Positions 24,607-36,455 of a DNA stretch of 64,000 bases are shown here, piece after piece. Position 1 is the stretch's first letter. Each line of letters starts with the position of its first letter. The stretch comes from Lama guanicoe (lineage: Eukaryota): assembly GCA_013239625.1 (NCBI GenBank), contig MU054187.1, positions 21,455,280 to 21,519,279 of the forward strand. The letters run 5' to 3'. A model generated the notes under the pieces. The model saw nothing but the letters and a program-made list of their open reading frames with translations. It made no database searches and had not been told where the DNA came from. The position numbers and the translations under genes are program-made.

Positions 24607-25204
24607 CATTAGGCTAGGAAAGAATAGCCAAGCAAGTAAGTATCACAGACAGATTCCGATGTTCACTGGATGTCAAAGAGCTCACCTATGGTTACTTATG
24701 AATATCCAGCCCCTGTTACATAAAGAAAACCTTTTTACCTTTTGGCGATAAATGAATTTTTAAAAATACTGACAGAATTGTGTTATCTTTAATATGCAAA
24801 ATGTTCAGGAAAGGAAGACATCTAAGAATCACCTCACAAGACTTATCTTTGATCAAACCATCATCTTTTGCTCATATTTAATCACTTACCTGGAAAAAAA
24901 AAGCCTGTTTAAATCAGAAGACCTTGGAATGATGAAAATGTCATGTGGATGTGGTTAGATTACAAATGGTTAATGAGGAAAAGTAGACTAAATTTTAAAT
25001 ATCAAAATAAGGTTTCTGTAATCCTTAAGAAGGTTGTTAAGCTGTTTGTTTTTAAAAATGTCAAATTATTCCATAAATAATTGGTTAGCAATAATAATTG
25101 GTTATTCCAATATTAACCAGTTAGCAATTACCTGGGCCACACTGTGCCCCATGTCTGGCAAGATAGACCAGAGCACTGATTGTGTTCTTTCCCATTTCTT
25201 AGAG

Positions 25205-25400
25205 TCTAGAGCAGAGGCTAAAAGTGTAGACTTTGGAATCAGGCTTGTGACTGAATTTAGACTCCATAACTTTGCTGTGTGACTTTGAGCAAATTGCTTA
25301 CTCTTTCTGAACTTTCATTTTCTCATCTGCTGTTGTCAAAATTACAGATATTAGAGGGCCTGGCATAGTTTCTAGCAGAGTAAGCTCTGGCTATGGTGAT
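25205..25400 (+). mobile_element. MIR
   Basis: gactttggaatcaggc...gctgtgtgactttgagcaaattgcttactctttctgaactttcattttctcatctg. Confidence 0.75.
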
Positions 25401-25576
25401 CATTATTAGGCTCTCCCAGGGTGCGTGGAGAGAGTGATGGGAAGGTGGAAATCAGTCACACTGTTCTCTGCGTTAAATGTTTGCACCCATGTTTGTCTTG
25501 AAAATGCTATTTGAGATGTAGATGAAGATCTATCCTTTTTGAGGAAAAAAAAGTATACAATTAAAAATAGCCTTCC

Positions 25577-26142
25577 CCCAATGTTCATAGCAACACTATT
25601 TATAATAGCCAAGACATGGAAACAACCTAAATGTCCATCAACAGATGACTGGATAAAGAAGCTGTGGTATATTTATACAATGGAATACTATTCAGCCATA
25701 AAAAAGAATAAAATAATGCTATTTGCAACAACATGGATGGACCTAGAGATCACAATTCTAAGTGAAGTAAGTCAGAAAGAGAAAGAAAAAATACCATATG
25801 ATATCACTTATATGGACTCTGAAAAAAGACACAAATGAACTTATATACAAATCAGAAACAGACTCACAGACATAGAAACAAACTTAGCAGGTTACCAGGG
25901 TGGAAAAGGGGTGGGAAGGGATAAATTGGGAGTTCGAGATTTGCAGATACTAACCACTATATATAAAATAAACAACAAGTTTATACTGTATAGCACAGGA
26001 AACTACACTCAATAGTAGTAACCTATAATGGAAAAGAATATGAAAAAGAAAATATGTTATGTGTACATATAACTGAAACATTATGATCTACACCAGAAAC
26101 TGATGCAACATTGTAAACTGACTATACATCAATAAAAAAAAA
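25577..26142 (+). mobile_element. 5'-truncated L1: ORF2 C-terminus, 3' UTR and poly(A)
   Basis: Translates PMFIATLFIIAKTWKQPKCPSTDDWIKKLWYIYTMEYYSAIKKN (L1 ORF2 end), then aataaaaaaaaa. Possible degenerate TSD aaaaatagccttcc / aaaaaaggtcttcc. Confidence 0.95.
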
Positions 26143-26749
26143 GGTCTTCCATCTTTTTAATGGATTCATTCATTCATTCATGGGTTAATAAACTATATTT
26201 CAAGCATCACTAGATTTTAGCACTAGCTTTGGCCTGTCAATAGACCCTGGTCTATACTAAGAATGTGGTCCTCCCCTGTTTCTGCTCCTTTCTAGCTTAG
26301 GTTAAACACACATCAGCTATTTCAGAAAGTAATCTTCCCTTTTTAATTTACTCCTAATCCCACAGAACAAACTGAAAACTGATGACAGATCCAGGCACAG
26401 GTTGGCTCACTCAGTCCACATTTGGGGAACATCAGCTAGGTGCTGGATACCATGCCAGTTACAGATTGGTACAAATGACTAAGCAGTTCTCCTGTCCTTT
26501 TCTGAACTTGGCATCTACACTTGGGAGCCTGTTAGCTCCTCAACCTTCCCATTCTCCACACTCCCTCTGGGACCTCACTCCTGCCCATGATGTCCTATAC
26601 CAACTCTACACTGATGACATGAATCCTAAATCTCTTCCCAGCCCAGATGCCTTGCCTGAGTTCCAGGCCTACATTTCCACCTGTTGCCGCCTGCATATCT
26701 TCACCAACATATCCCAACATGATTCATTAATATATAACTGCTACAGCAT

Positions 26750-26960
26750 CTTATTCCCCAGCCTGCACTCCCTATATCCAATGTATTTAGTTTTTTATCT
26801 AATTCTCTCAACATCCCTGAGAGTTAGGTTTAGTATTACGTCCATTTTGCAGATGAAATCATTGAGGCACAAAGAAAAGGGCCTCACTTTTCCAAGGCCA
26901 CACAGCCAGAAGGTGGTAGAGCCAGGGACAGAATCTGGCAGGCTCATTCTGGAACCTGCA
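26750..26960 (-). mobile_element. MIR, inserted next to an L2 fragment at about 26500-26720 (+)
   Basis: tccattttgcagatgaaatcattgaggcacaaag...ccaaggccacacagccagaaggtggtagagccaggg. Confidence 0.8.
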
Positions 26961-27199
26961 TCCTCAGTTCTTTGGCACATCCATCATACATGTAGGTCAG
27001 GCTTGGGTTATCATTGCTAGAGAGAATAGATCAGATAGTAGTGAACAGTAGTGCTGGTTCATAATTTTAACTACAGAATCCTATAAATATTGTAGGGGAT
27101 CATAATTATAAGTTACTTTGGACTCATTTTAAAAACACCAGTTTTATGAAAACAAAGTAATTGAAGTCACTTCTACAAAAACCCAGACTATGCCAGAGC

Positions 27200-28150
27200 A
27201 CAGGGGTCTGAGAAAGCAGGATGCCGCCCAGCAGTGAGCAGTCGGTTCAGTGCGGCTGGAGCACAGAATGTGGAGGCTGGGAGGGCACCCTGGAAACAGA
27301 CTGCGAATGAACTTTTAATTATTAGTAAAGGGTTTCGACTTTATTCTGCAAGCAAATAATGGAAGTAAGGGTGGGAGAGTGAGGAAGGGCAAGTTCATGT
27401 GACAAAATCATTACTGAGAGCTTCTTAGGAAGTAGGCATGATTCTGGGGATTTGAAATTTGAAATTCCTACAGTCTTAATGGGGAATCCAATGTAAAATA
27501 CGCTTGCAGTTTTTAATGCACACGATGAAGCGTTACAGAGTGTTGTGAGAACAGTTACGGAGCATCCTGAAACCACCTGTGGTGCCTTATCAGAAGAGAC
27601 TTCAGAAAAGACATCCTAGAAGCACTCAGAGATTTGTAATGAGGGGAATTACGTGGCCACATAGAGAGAAGGTCCTGGTAGTGGATATGGCCAGTCCAAA
27701 GAAATACTGCAGAAGGAAGGTCACTGAGGAGATTATTCTAACAGCCCGTGTAAAAGCTGATGGTCACTTGAACTGTGATAATAACTGAGAGGTAAGAGCA
27801 GAATGAAGAGGACTTTTGGCAACAGTAAGAACAGAAATAGGAGAATCTACTGAGAGTGAATGTTGCTGGAAAGGAGTTAATGAGAAAGATCTTTCTTTCT
27901 AGTTTGATTACCTGGGTGGCTGATTATGCCATTGAGTTAGGGATTAAAAAAAAAAGGCAGAATGAGACTGGAAGACAATGCATTTAGTTTGGGACACGTT
28001 AAGTCAAAGGCACCTGCGATTGGAGATGAATGGTGGGTGGAGATAGCCTTGCATGGGAAATAGTGCAATGCTTGGACTTAAGTTTGGGAATATCCTGAAG
28101 GTTGAAGGCATTTGAAACCAGACGAGATTCTCAGTAGAGCACAGAAAGTA
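27200..28150 (-). mobile_element. Degenerate L2 fragments
   Basis: gcagtcggttcagtgcggctggagcacag and tttagtttgggacacgttaagtcaaaggcacctg resemble antisense L2. Approximate ends. Confidence 0.5.
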
Positions 28151-28254
28151 TAAAGAAAGGAACTGTGGCAGTGCTGTAAGGCACATTCAAACACAACAAA
28201 ACAAACAAATAAATAAATTGATGAGAGACAACATACCATGCAAGACATGACTGC

Positions 28255-28460
28255 GTGACCTTTGGAGCCCAAATGCATAAATTCAGATCCAAATTTAACC
28301 ACTCGGTAGCTCTGTGACCTTGTGCAAGACACTTTAGCATCTTTGGGTATCAGTTTCTTCATCTGTAAAATGAGATCTACCTCAAAGGTGTATTGATGTT
28401 TAAATAAGTCAATGTTTATAAAGCATTGTGAGTAATGTCTGGCCCTTAGTAAATACAGCT
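28255..28460 (+). mobile_element. MIR
   Basis: gctctgtgaccttgtgcaagacactttagc...cagtttcttcatctgtaaaatgag. Confidence 0.85.
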
Positions 28461-30029
28461 TAGTTTTTTTTGTTGTTGTTGTGGTTAAATACAAAGTATT
28501 ATAAATCCTTTAGCCCCAAATATTGATCCTCATTTCTCATTCCATGTTATTTCTCTACTGTGCCTTATTTTTCTGAAGGCTACGGTTTGTTTATCGTATT
28601 CAAGTCCTAACTCTAGTGGGTCCTGAATGAAGTGTTATTAAATTCACTACCTATTTTGTGTTAAAAGAAAATCCCAGGAAAGATAAAATCAATTCTTTTC
28701 TTTGCAAAACAATTACCATATAAAAAAACTCAGAGAAGTTCTTTCCAGGCATATCACAGTGTAATCATGTGTTTCTAGGGATAAAATTGATAAACAGTTT
28801 TCTCCAAAAACATGTTTCTCCTAGTAGTTTTCTTCTTTTACATTTTTTTTTCACTTTTCAGAACTAAAATGACAAGAAAAAAAGAGGTTTTCATAGATTC
28901 AAGCGATTTCAGCCACTGGAGCTAATGACCTATCTTTGGCATAACCATGGCCATCATGGTCTCCTCTGTGCCGGGAGCAGTGCTGGTTGCTCTGTATTCT
29001 TCTCAACAGTCCCTTGAGTAGATTATGATGTTTGCTATATAAGTAATGAGAGACATGTAAGAATCTCTGAATCATCTCAAGGTGAGAAAAGTTGACTCCA
29101 TGTAATGAGCCACGACTGAGCAGTTGGTTACAAAGCAAAGCATCGTTCAACGTGGGCCAGTTGTCACTTTCCTCTGCAGTGTGGAGAGGATGAGACTGGA
29201 GGTGGGATCTCCTGGCAGTGGCTCCCCACCAAGATTTCCATACTTGGGACTCCTGGAACCTTGGGCTTGTCTTCATGACTTACGGTGACTAGTGGGCAAT
29301 AAACTTGCCTTTCTGCTCAGCTTACAGAGCATCAGCACCCCCCCCCAACCTAGACCCATTGGAAACAGAACAGACAGGAGGTTCTTCTCTAAGCAAAGAT
29401 GCAAGTTTAATATTCTCCTCAGCCTTCGTGAAAGTCTAAGTTGGCCTTTTACCCAGGACTGTTGTCCTGAGACTCTGTCATAGTGATGGAGATAATAATT
29501 AGTAGAACCTTAGAGACAGGACTGTCCCTGGAAGATGAAACTGTCAGGATTTCTGAAGGAGTTAGATTGCGATAAACTCAAAAGAGAAATAGATCATACA
29601 TAGGGAAAGGAGGGAAAAAACAGTTTTCAAGCACTTAAGACACCAAAGCAAAGCTAAAACAGATTTAGGGGGAGGGACTATAAATAGACAAATTTCCTGG
29701 AATAAAATGGTTAGTAAGAAGTGATAAAGAATAACATGGAAAGTTGGTTGTGAAGCATGTTTGTGAAGAGCTTTCAAATGACAAGCTAAAAAGTTTAGGC
29801 ATCACCCCATGGTTATTGAAACTGTCAAGAAAGGTAGTGACATGAAAACAGCATTTCAGGGGAATTAATCTGTCTGTAGGGTCAGAGACTGAATTGGGGG
29901 TGTAGAGAAGGAATTCAGATTATTCTGAACTTCCAAGTCTGGGAGAATATCTTGATATGTGCAAAAGAAAGAGCACCACCTTAGAGAAGCTGTTTTCAGT
30001 TCCTTCCAACAACATAATCATACTTCATT

Positions 30030-30359
30030 CAAGGGCATACTTTTTTTCTAGAAAGTCTATATAGTAAATATTTTGAGATTGTGGACATACAATCCCTGTT
30101 ACAACCATTCAACTTACTGCTGTAGCCCCAAAGCGGCCTTAAACAATATGTAAATGAATAAACATGACTGTGTCCCAGCAAACTTTATTTATAGACCCAG
30201 AAATCTGAATGACATGTAATTTTCATAGGTTACGGACTATTATTTTTCTTTTGGTATTTTCCAACCACTGAAAAATGTAAACACCATTCTTACCTTGAAG
30301 GTTGTGTAAAAGCAGGTGGTGAGCAGGATTTGGCCTGTAGACTGGATAGCAAACCCTTG
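30030..30359. mobile_element. MER58B-like hAT-Charlie non-autonomous DNA transposon
   Basis: atagtaaatattttgagattgtggacatac...aaacaatatgtaaatgaataaacatgactgtgtcccagcaaactttattta...ggatttggcctg...aaacccttg. Confidence 0.75.
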
Positions 30360-32201
30360 GTTTACAGGACATCAGGCAGAACTCTGTCCAACATCATTCT
30401 GAAAACTTTGGATTCTCTTCTGAGTGCTTCTGTTGAGCCCTTGGAAGGAGATCATTGAAATGTTGAGTGAAGTGGTAAAAGTCGAAGGAGACAACTAACT
30501 AGGTAGTAAGACTAACCATATTAACCACTGGGGGCAGCGGGGTAACATGTGTACCTATATGCTCCAATCCAACAGCTGCTTACCGGAAACCTTTAGAAAA
30601 AAAGGAAAATCGGTCAATACGTATTACTTCAAACACATTCCGCACTTAGTGTTTTAGCAATCGCACAGGGAAAGGCAAGTGGTGGGTCTTGCTTCTGTTC
30701 ATGTCACTTACGATGCTGGTAAAGAAACTGGCACGGCACAGTTTGTAAACAAATGGTGTGGGTGGGAGCACAGAAGGAAGCTTAGTGTGAGTCCAGCAGG
30801 TAAAGTTGGAGCCACCATGGACAAAGAATTTCCATTTGGAGAGAGCAGCCAGGCCGCAGTAGGTAATGAGAACTAGCCTAGGAGTAGAGGGAAGTGGAAG
30901 GTGTGAGCGTAGCATAAAGGAAGAATTGACAGGACGTTGCTAATTGAGATGTGAAGGATGAAAGAGGAGTCAAGCCTTAAACGTTTGGAAATTCTTTCAC
31001 TATAGGATTCAGTGCCACTAAGAAGCACACAGCACCGAGAGGCAAGGGGTCCTGGGGAGGCAGTGAGAAAGGAGGAACTAGGAAGCTGGAGGCTAGCACA
31101 CAGCACCAGCACATCATACGCGCGAACTAAAATCCGATAGCTGTTAGGCTGAATTATTGGCAAATGTGGGGAGAAGGGACCCTATTAATACCCACATGTT
31201 AGCTATTTATTAAAAGCTTTAGATGGAAAATAAGGGAGAAGTGATAGCATCATGCCACTGATGGTCCAAATAAGTAAACAGTCTTCTGCTCCACATTATA
31301 TAGAATCCACCCCATTTCTTCAAAGTAATTTCTTCTGACCACTTGGCACTAGTCACGTCTTATAAAGCAAGTATCTCCAAACATATTTCATTATTTATCT
31401 TCAACTTGTTTCTCCTCTTAGTTCTGTTTATTTATCCGTAAGCATATGGGAAAAGTGAACACTCAACATGGTAAATAATTTACGCGGAGGTGTGAATAAT
31501 ATTGGAATCAGGAAAGGGAAAGGTTACAGAAATAGCCACCGCCAACCCTTAGCGCTGACTCTTGGTTTTCTCTGCCTCTTCCCTATCTGCTGCTGTTAGG
31601 AGGGGTGATAGGGTGCCTGCTCCCGAGAAGAGTCCCCTCCTGGGACTGTTCACCCAAAGCAGCCGGGCAGGTGGCAGGGAGACGTACCAGCTCTGCCTGT
31701 AAGTGGACCCAGGCGTATGTAGAAGAGGCCATTTTTTTATACACACAGAATGGAATAGAGACCAAAAAAAAGGATGATTGCCTTCCTTGTTTAGACTCAT
31801 AGACAAGTAAAGTTTTTTGGCTTAATTCTAAGTTAGTCCCTTCTGTTGTCCATGTCAAAACGTGATCAGCTGGCACTCTGTAAATGCTTGTTGCAGAATT
31901 AAATTTCTTGCCATTTTCCTACAACTGTTTATATGACAATGAAATAGTTTAGGACATGAAAGCTTCTGAAAATTTTGAAACGCTTAGGATTTAGATTAAA
32001 ATGTCCTCAATATTGGCCAACATTTAACCCATAATCATAGCTTTAAAAACTCCCATGAAAATAAAGTGACTGATACACACCCATCAGCCGGCCTCCTTAA
32101 TTATTAATTAGGAGAGATTTAGAAGTGGATCCTTTCCTGATTTGTTTACCTTTTGCAAAAGAGAGCTAGTTCATTTATGAAATTAAAAGCGACTTGCTCT
32201 A

Positions 32202-32288
32202 GGGTAGGGCGGCGGGGTATAGCTCAGTGATAGGGCACATGCAAACCCCAGTACCTCCATTAAAAAAAAATTAAAATAAAAAAAAATT
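32202..32288 (+). mobile_element. Vic-1-like SINE with an internal deletion removing the B box
   Basis: ggggtatagctcagtgatagggcacatgc|aaaccccagtacctccattaaaaaaa. Degenerate TSD aagcgacttgctc / aagtgacttcctc. Confidence 0.75.
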
Positions 32289-32923
32289 AAGTGACTTCCT
32301 CAAGATGCCGCAACTAGCCAGCGGCTTCAGGATTACAATTCACCTTTAATATGCTACGAGGTACAAAGAACACCCAGTCCTTAGGAGACACAGAGGAGGC
32401 AGGACTGTCCTTATCTGTGACCTCACCCCCCCACCAAGTCGTGCTGCTGCCAGTAAGTGTCCACGAATGGTGAGCTGCTTCTCTCTTCATTACAAAATAT
32501 TTACTGGAAATAAATTATTCAGCCAATATTTAACCAAAGACATTGTAAGTTGCTTCACTACAACAGCAACCATAAATTGATATATCAAAATTTCTACAGA
32601 TTACTGTAAAGAGAGAAAATAAGTAAGCATAGAAAAAATGCAGATCAGTATTAGACTAACAATATTATCTCAATGTATCACTTAAATACTCCATTTCCTT
32701 TCCACGTCTCTCTTCATTTTAATTCGCCTCCGCATTAATCCAGCCAGAATTTGAATTAGTCCAGATTAGGTCTTAATATATGGTTTACAGCTTTTTACTG
32801 GTGCTCAATTGTGCATTTTCATCCAAACAAGTATAATATTTCTGTCAGATTCATATAAAAGCAGTTTTTAAGTACACAGCAAATTGTTATATTAAAATAT
32901 ATTTTTCGTATTTTTTTTCATAG

Positions 32924-32956
32924 ACTGGAGTCAAAGGAGCCTTTCCTGTCTGTTGG
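32924..32956 (+). CDS. RALYL: RALYL 33-nt coding exon B: (R)LESKEPFLSV(G)
   Basis: ttttttttcatag acceptor (AG 32922-32923) and gg|gtgagt donor (GT 32957-32958). Symmetric phase 2/2, and it keeps frame with the neighbouring exons. Matches recalled RALYL LESKEPFLSVG. Confidence 0.95.
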
Positions 32957-33127
32957 GTGAGTATTCGCCTGAATTTTTAAAATCTCAATTCTCTAATAGA
33001 TTTTTAATTCAGATTAACGAGGTCTCGTGAGTGCTTCCAGTCATTCAGCCCCATGTTCAAAGTCATAACCTGTCATTGGTACATCTTTTTCTCAGCAATA
33101 CGGCCGCCTACATTTAAAGACAGCTAA

Positions 33128-33295
33128 GGTGGAGGGTATAGCTCAAGTAGTAGGGTGCATGCTTAGCATGCACGAGGTCCTGGGTTCAATCTCCAGTACC
33201 TCCTCTAAAAATAAATAAACCTAATTACCTCCCCAACACTGCCAAAATAAGATAATTAAATAATACAATAATAAATTAAAAATATTAAAAAAAAA
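33128..33295 (+). mobile_element. tRNA-Ala-derived SINE (camelid Vic-1-like)
   Basis: ggtggagggtatagctcaagtagtagggtgcatgcttagcatgcacgaggtcctgggttcaatctccagtacctcc, then aacctaattacctcccc and an A-rich tail. Aligns with 10324-10474. Confidence 0.9.
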
Positions 33296-36269
33296 AGACA
33301 AGTACAATGCTCCCTAGGCTGTTTTGTGATCTCAGAAGTTTAACTAATGACTGTGTAGGAGATCCTGTATCCTCTATAAAAGCCAAAAAGATATGCAGTG
33401 ATTATCTCATCACGATAAAGGTATGCTCCGATTGGTTATAAAAATTCCTCTGGACCACAGCCTCACCATCCTAAGTCTGTCCATTCATTTTCGTACTGTT
33501 TCCTTTCAATCTGCTCTATTCAGTGTTTCTTCCCCCTTTTCCTCTAAATCTGTCTCCAAAATCTTTATCTATGGTTTTCCCTTTCTTTCATTTCCCTTTT
33601 ATTTGCCCGCTACTCACCCTGACTGCTTCTCTGAGCACAGGCTGAGGAGCCCTGGGGCAGATTCATGCTTGTGCTCTCTGATTATATCATTTGAGCCAAG
33701 GTACCTGTTTAGTCAAAATATGTTGTCGACAAGAATACACGTGTACTATTTTTAGGCATTTAGCTAATGCAGAATCAGCAGAGATGTTTTTATTGATCTA
33801 TCACATGACCTGTTGACTAATATTAAAATGTCTTATTAAGGGACCCTTGCATGGTCAGCATTATGATCGATGTTATAAAGTATCAAAAAGCATCGGAAGG
33901 TGTGCTGTCTAGTTTAGAGGAAATCATGCTGTCTTTGATGGGAAAATAAAATCCCATATAGGGAGTCACTTACACTCATGCTTAAGGGGCAGAAACGTGG
34001 GATGGAGTTAGATTTTTAAATGATCACATCAATTTTTGTACTCTGTTCACAGCCATTGAATATTTCTGTCACTCACTGAACAGCCTGGCTCCCTCTGCCC
34101 TTCTACTCAAAAGCATTTCCCAAGGCCATTTGAATCGCAAGAATCACAATAATTGTTAAGGGTGCTGAGAGAGAAAAATGGAGTAGATTTATTGGAGGAC
34201 TTCATGAAAAATGAAAGGTCAAGTTGATTGGGTCCTCCAAAATCGTTAGAGCGTCCTTCTTTCCTTCATTGATCATCAGCTCCTATTGTTAAAAAAATTT
34301 TAAGCCTGAAGTAATCTCTTTTGTTGAATGCATGTGTCCTGCCCTCAAGTCCAGACAGCTGAGATAGCTTCTCTTCATGCCTCACTTAGTGTAGTTTCTG
34401 CACACATTTCCTGCTCTCCCGGCTACTCTGAGATGGAATCCATTTTTTATCGCATACCTCTGTTTCACAAGGGCAGACCTGAAGTCGTCTTTGCTTAAAC
34501 TTGCTAGGAGTTTAGAACTCAGTATTAGAGCACTGAGAAAAAGTTTTCCAAAAAGAATGATGCATCACTCAGCAAATACGACTCAAAATGGGAACACTGG
34601 CTTGGCAGTAAGAAAATACTGCTTTCCTTAGATATGTCTTAAAGTGGGGTGATACAAATGACCCAAAGACTTCTGCTGTCTGGATATTTTAATTTATTGA
34701 TAAAAATCTCCATTCAGCAAGAGTATAGGATGACAGTGGGCCTAATGGGCATATATGAGCCTACCAGGCAACAGATAGTCTACCGTAAAAATCATACTTC
34801 AGATTGTGACTTTAATTCAGTCACTTGCCAGAGGGAATAAAGTCATGATGTACTGTCTACGGTATCAGCGGACATCAATATAAAAGGTTGAGTTTTTCTA
34901 GAACCCTGCACCCCTTACTTACATTAATTTTAATTCTATGGTCAATAGAAAATTACATTACTGAATAAATCAGTACTAAATATTGCAGACTTCACTCCAT
35001 TGCCTGGCAGTGTCTTAAAGCCCCTGTTAACATAGATGCACTTCGAGAAGTTGCTCTTCCCCGCAGGCTCTGACACTTACAAGATGATTTCATTAGTTTA
35101 GTTACTTAAACTCCCAAGTTTCCGGTCCCTACTTGGTGGAATGGAGAGCAAAACAGAAAATGTAGATCAAGCATTTAGCACTATTCTTGGCACAGAGGAG
35201 TTGCTCACAAGTGTTAGCAGTTAGTGTGGCTGTGGGAGGTAGACTTATACAGAATACTCTGAAAAATTAATCAGAGAGTCTGAAATAGTTCAGAGAAAAA
35301 AATGCCACTTTTACAAGGTACGCTTTGACTTGCATGTGGAAATCAAAAGAAATTTTTATAATAGAAAGAAATGAAAATTGTGAACGGAATAAAGATGACA
35401 GATATTCTGTTTTGCATTTGAATGATCGACACTAATTGTCATTTAAGTTTTTTAAATGGGAAGAAATATTGATACATTTTTACGTGCGTCTCTTCTTAAT
35501 GTAAATTAGGGAGCAGAATTCCTCCTTTGATAAATGCGCTACCGTAATTATGAAATAAAAGTTTTAAATGTCACAGACATAAATACAAACTAAATAGGCC
35601 AATGGAAAAATCTGTCAAAGTTATAACACAAGGAAATATTTGCTTGTTAAAGGTTAGGAGATTGTTAAAAGGTTAGGGAATTGTGAAAGGAAGTTAAGTG
35701 AAATCTCAGATCTCAGACCTTCAGCCCTGCGTTGATGTAAGAGAAACTTTCTTTCATATATACCAGTAAATGATTAGTAAAATAATATCATTAGGAAAAA
35801 TTAAACATAAACTTTAGCCTCGAGTGAGGCATGAAGGCTCATCCCAGAGTCTGATTCTGTTCATCCAGGTAGGTTGAGAGATACAATGTTTCCAAGTCTA
35901 TCTAGATAATCCTGGTACCAGCCAGGCCTGGACCCATTGTCTACATCTTGCTTGGAACCTCCCTCATCCTTCCTGTAAGAACATAGACAGGTTGTTCTTG
36001 TAGACATTTATGGTCTGTAGAATCACTTCAGAAGGTCTTTGAAATACAGCCTCTCATGGTCTCCCCGTGTCTTGGATGCATATGGTGGAGGTGGACACGC
36101 TGATCTCAGAGTGCAGCCATCTGAGACCAGGATAGATGAAGGAGACCAGAAGGCGCGCCATAGAAGTCACCGTGGTGCACACGGAGCACACTGCCTGTGC
36201 TCAGGTACATAAAACTCATTCTGATGTCCTAAACCTAAGGCTCTGATTATATTAAATTAGTAAATAGTG

Positions 36270-36455
36270 AAGTTTCATATCTACTAAATATTGGATTATA
36301 TGTTAAGAAAATGTTTTATATTTAAAATTATAAATTTATAACACAAATGTTTTATTTACAAGTAATATATATTACATATATACATTTATTAAAATACATA
36401 ATCTAAAATACTTTTTTATTACAAATATAATACATTTAAATAGTAGATTTAAAAA
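36270..36455. repeat. AT-rich low-complexity tract
   Basis: Almost all A/T: ttaaaattataaatttataacacaaatgttttatttacaagtaatatatattacatatatacatttattaaaatac. Confidence 0.7.

Noticed and set aside
25539..25838. 99-aa ORF as a host gene
   Set aside because: It is the C-terminus of L1 ORF2 in a 5'-truncated copy.
26382..27020. Longest ORF (212 aa, +)
   Set aside because: It runs across L2 and MIR relics (SILQMKSLRHKE is translated MIR). No domain or exon structure.
30520..30540. CTCF-like motif ccactgggggcagc (also 31663-31678 and near 50680)
   Set aside because: Spacing or core mismatches. Cannot be supported without a PWM scan.
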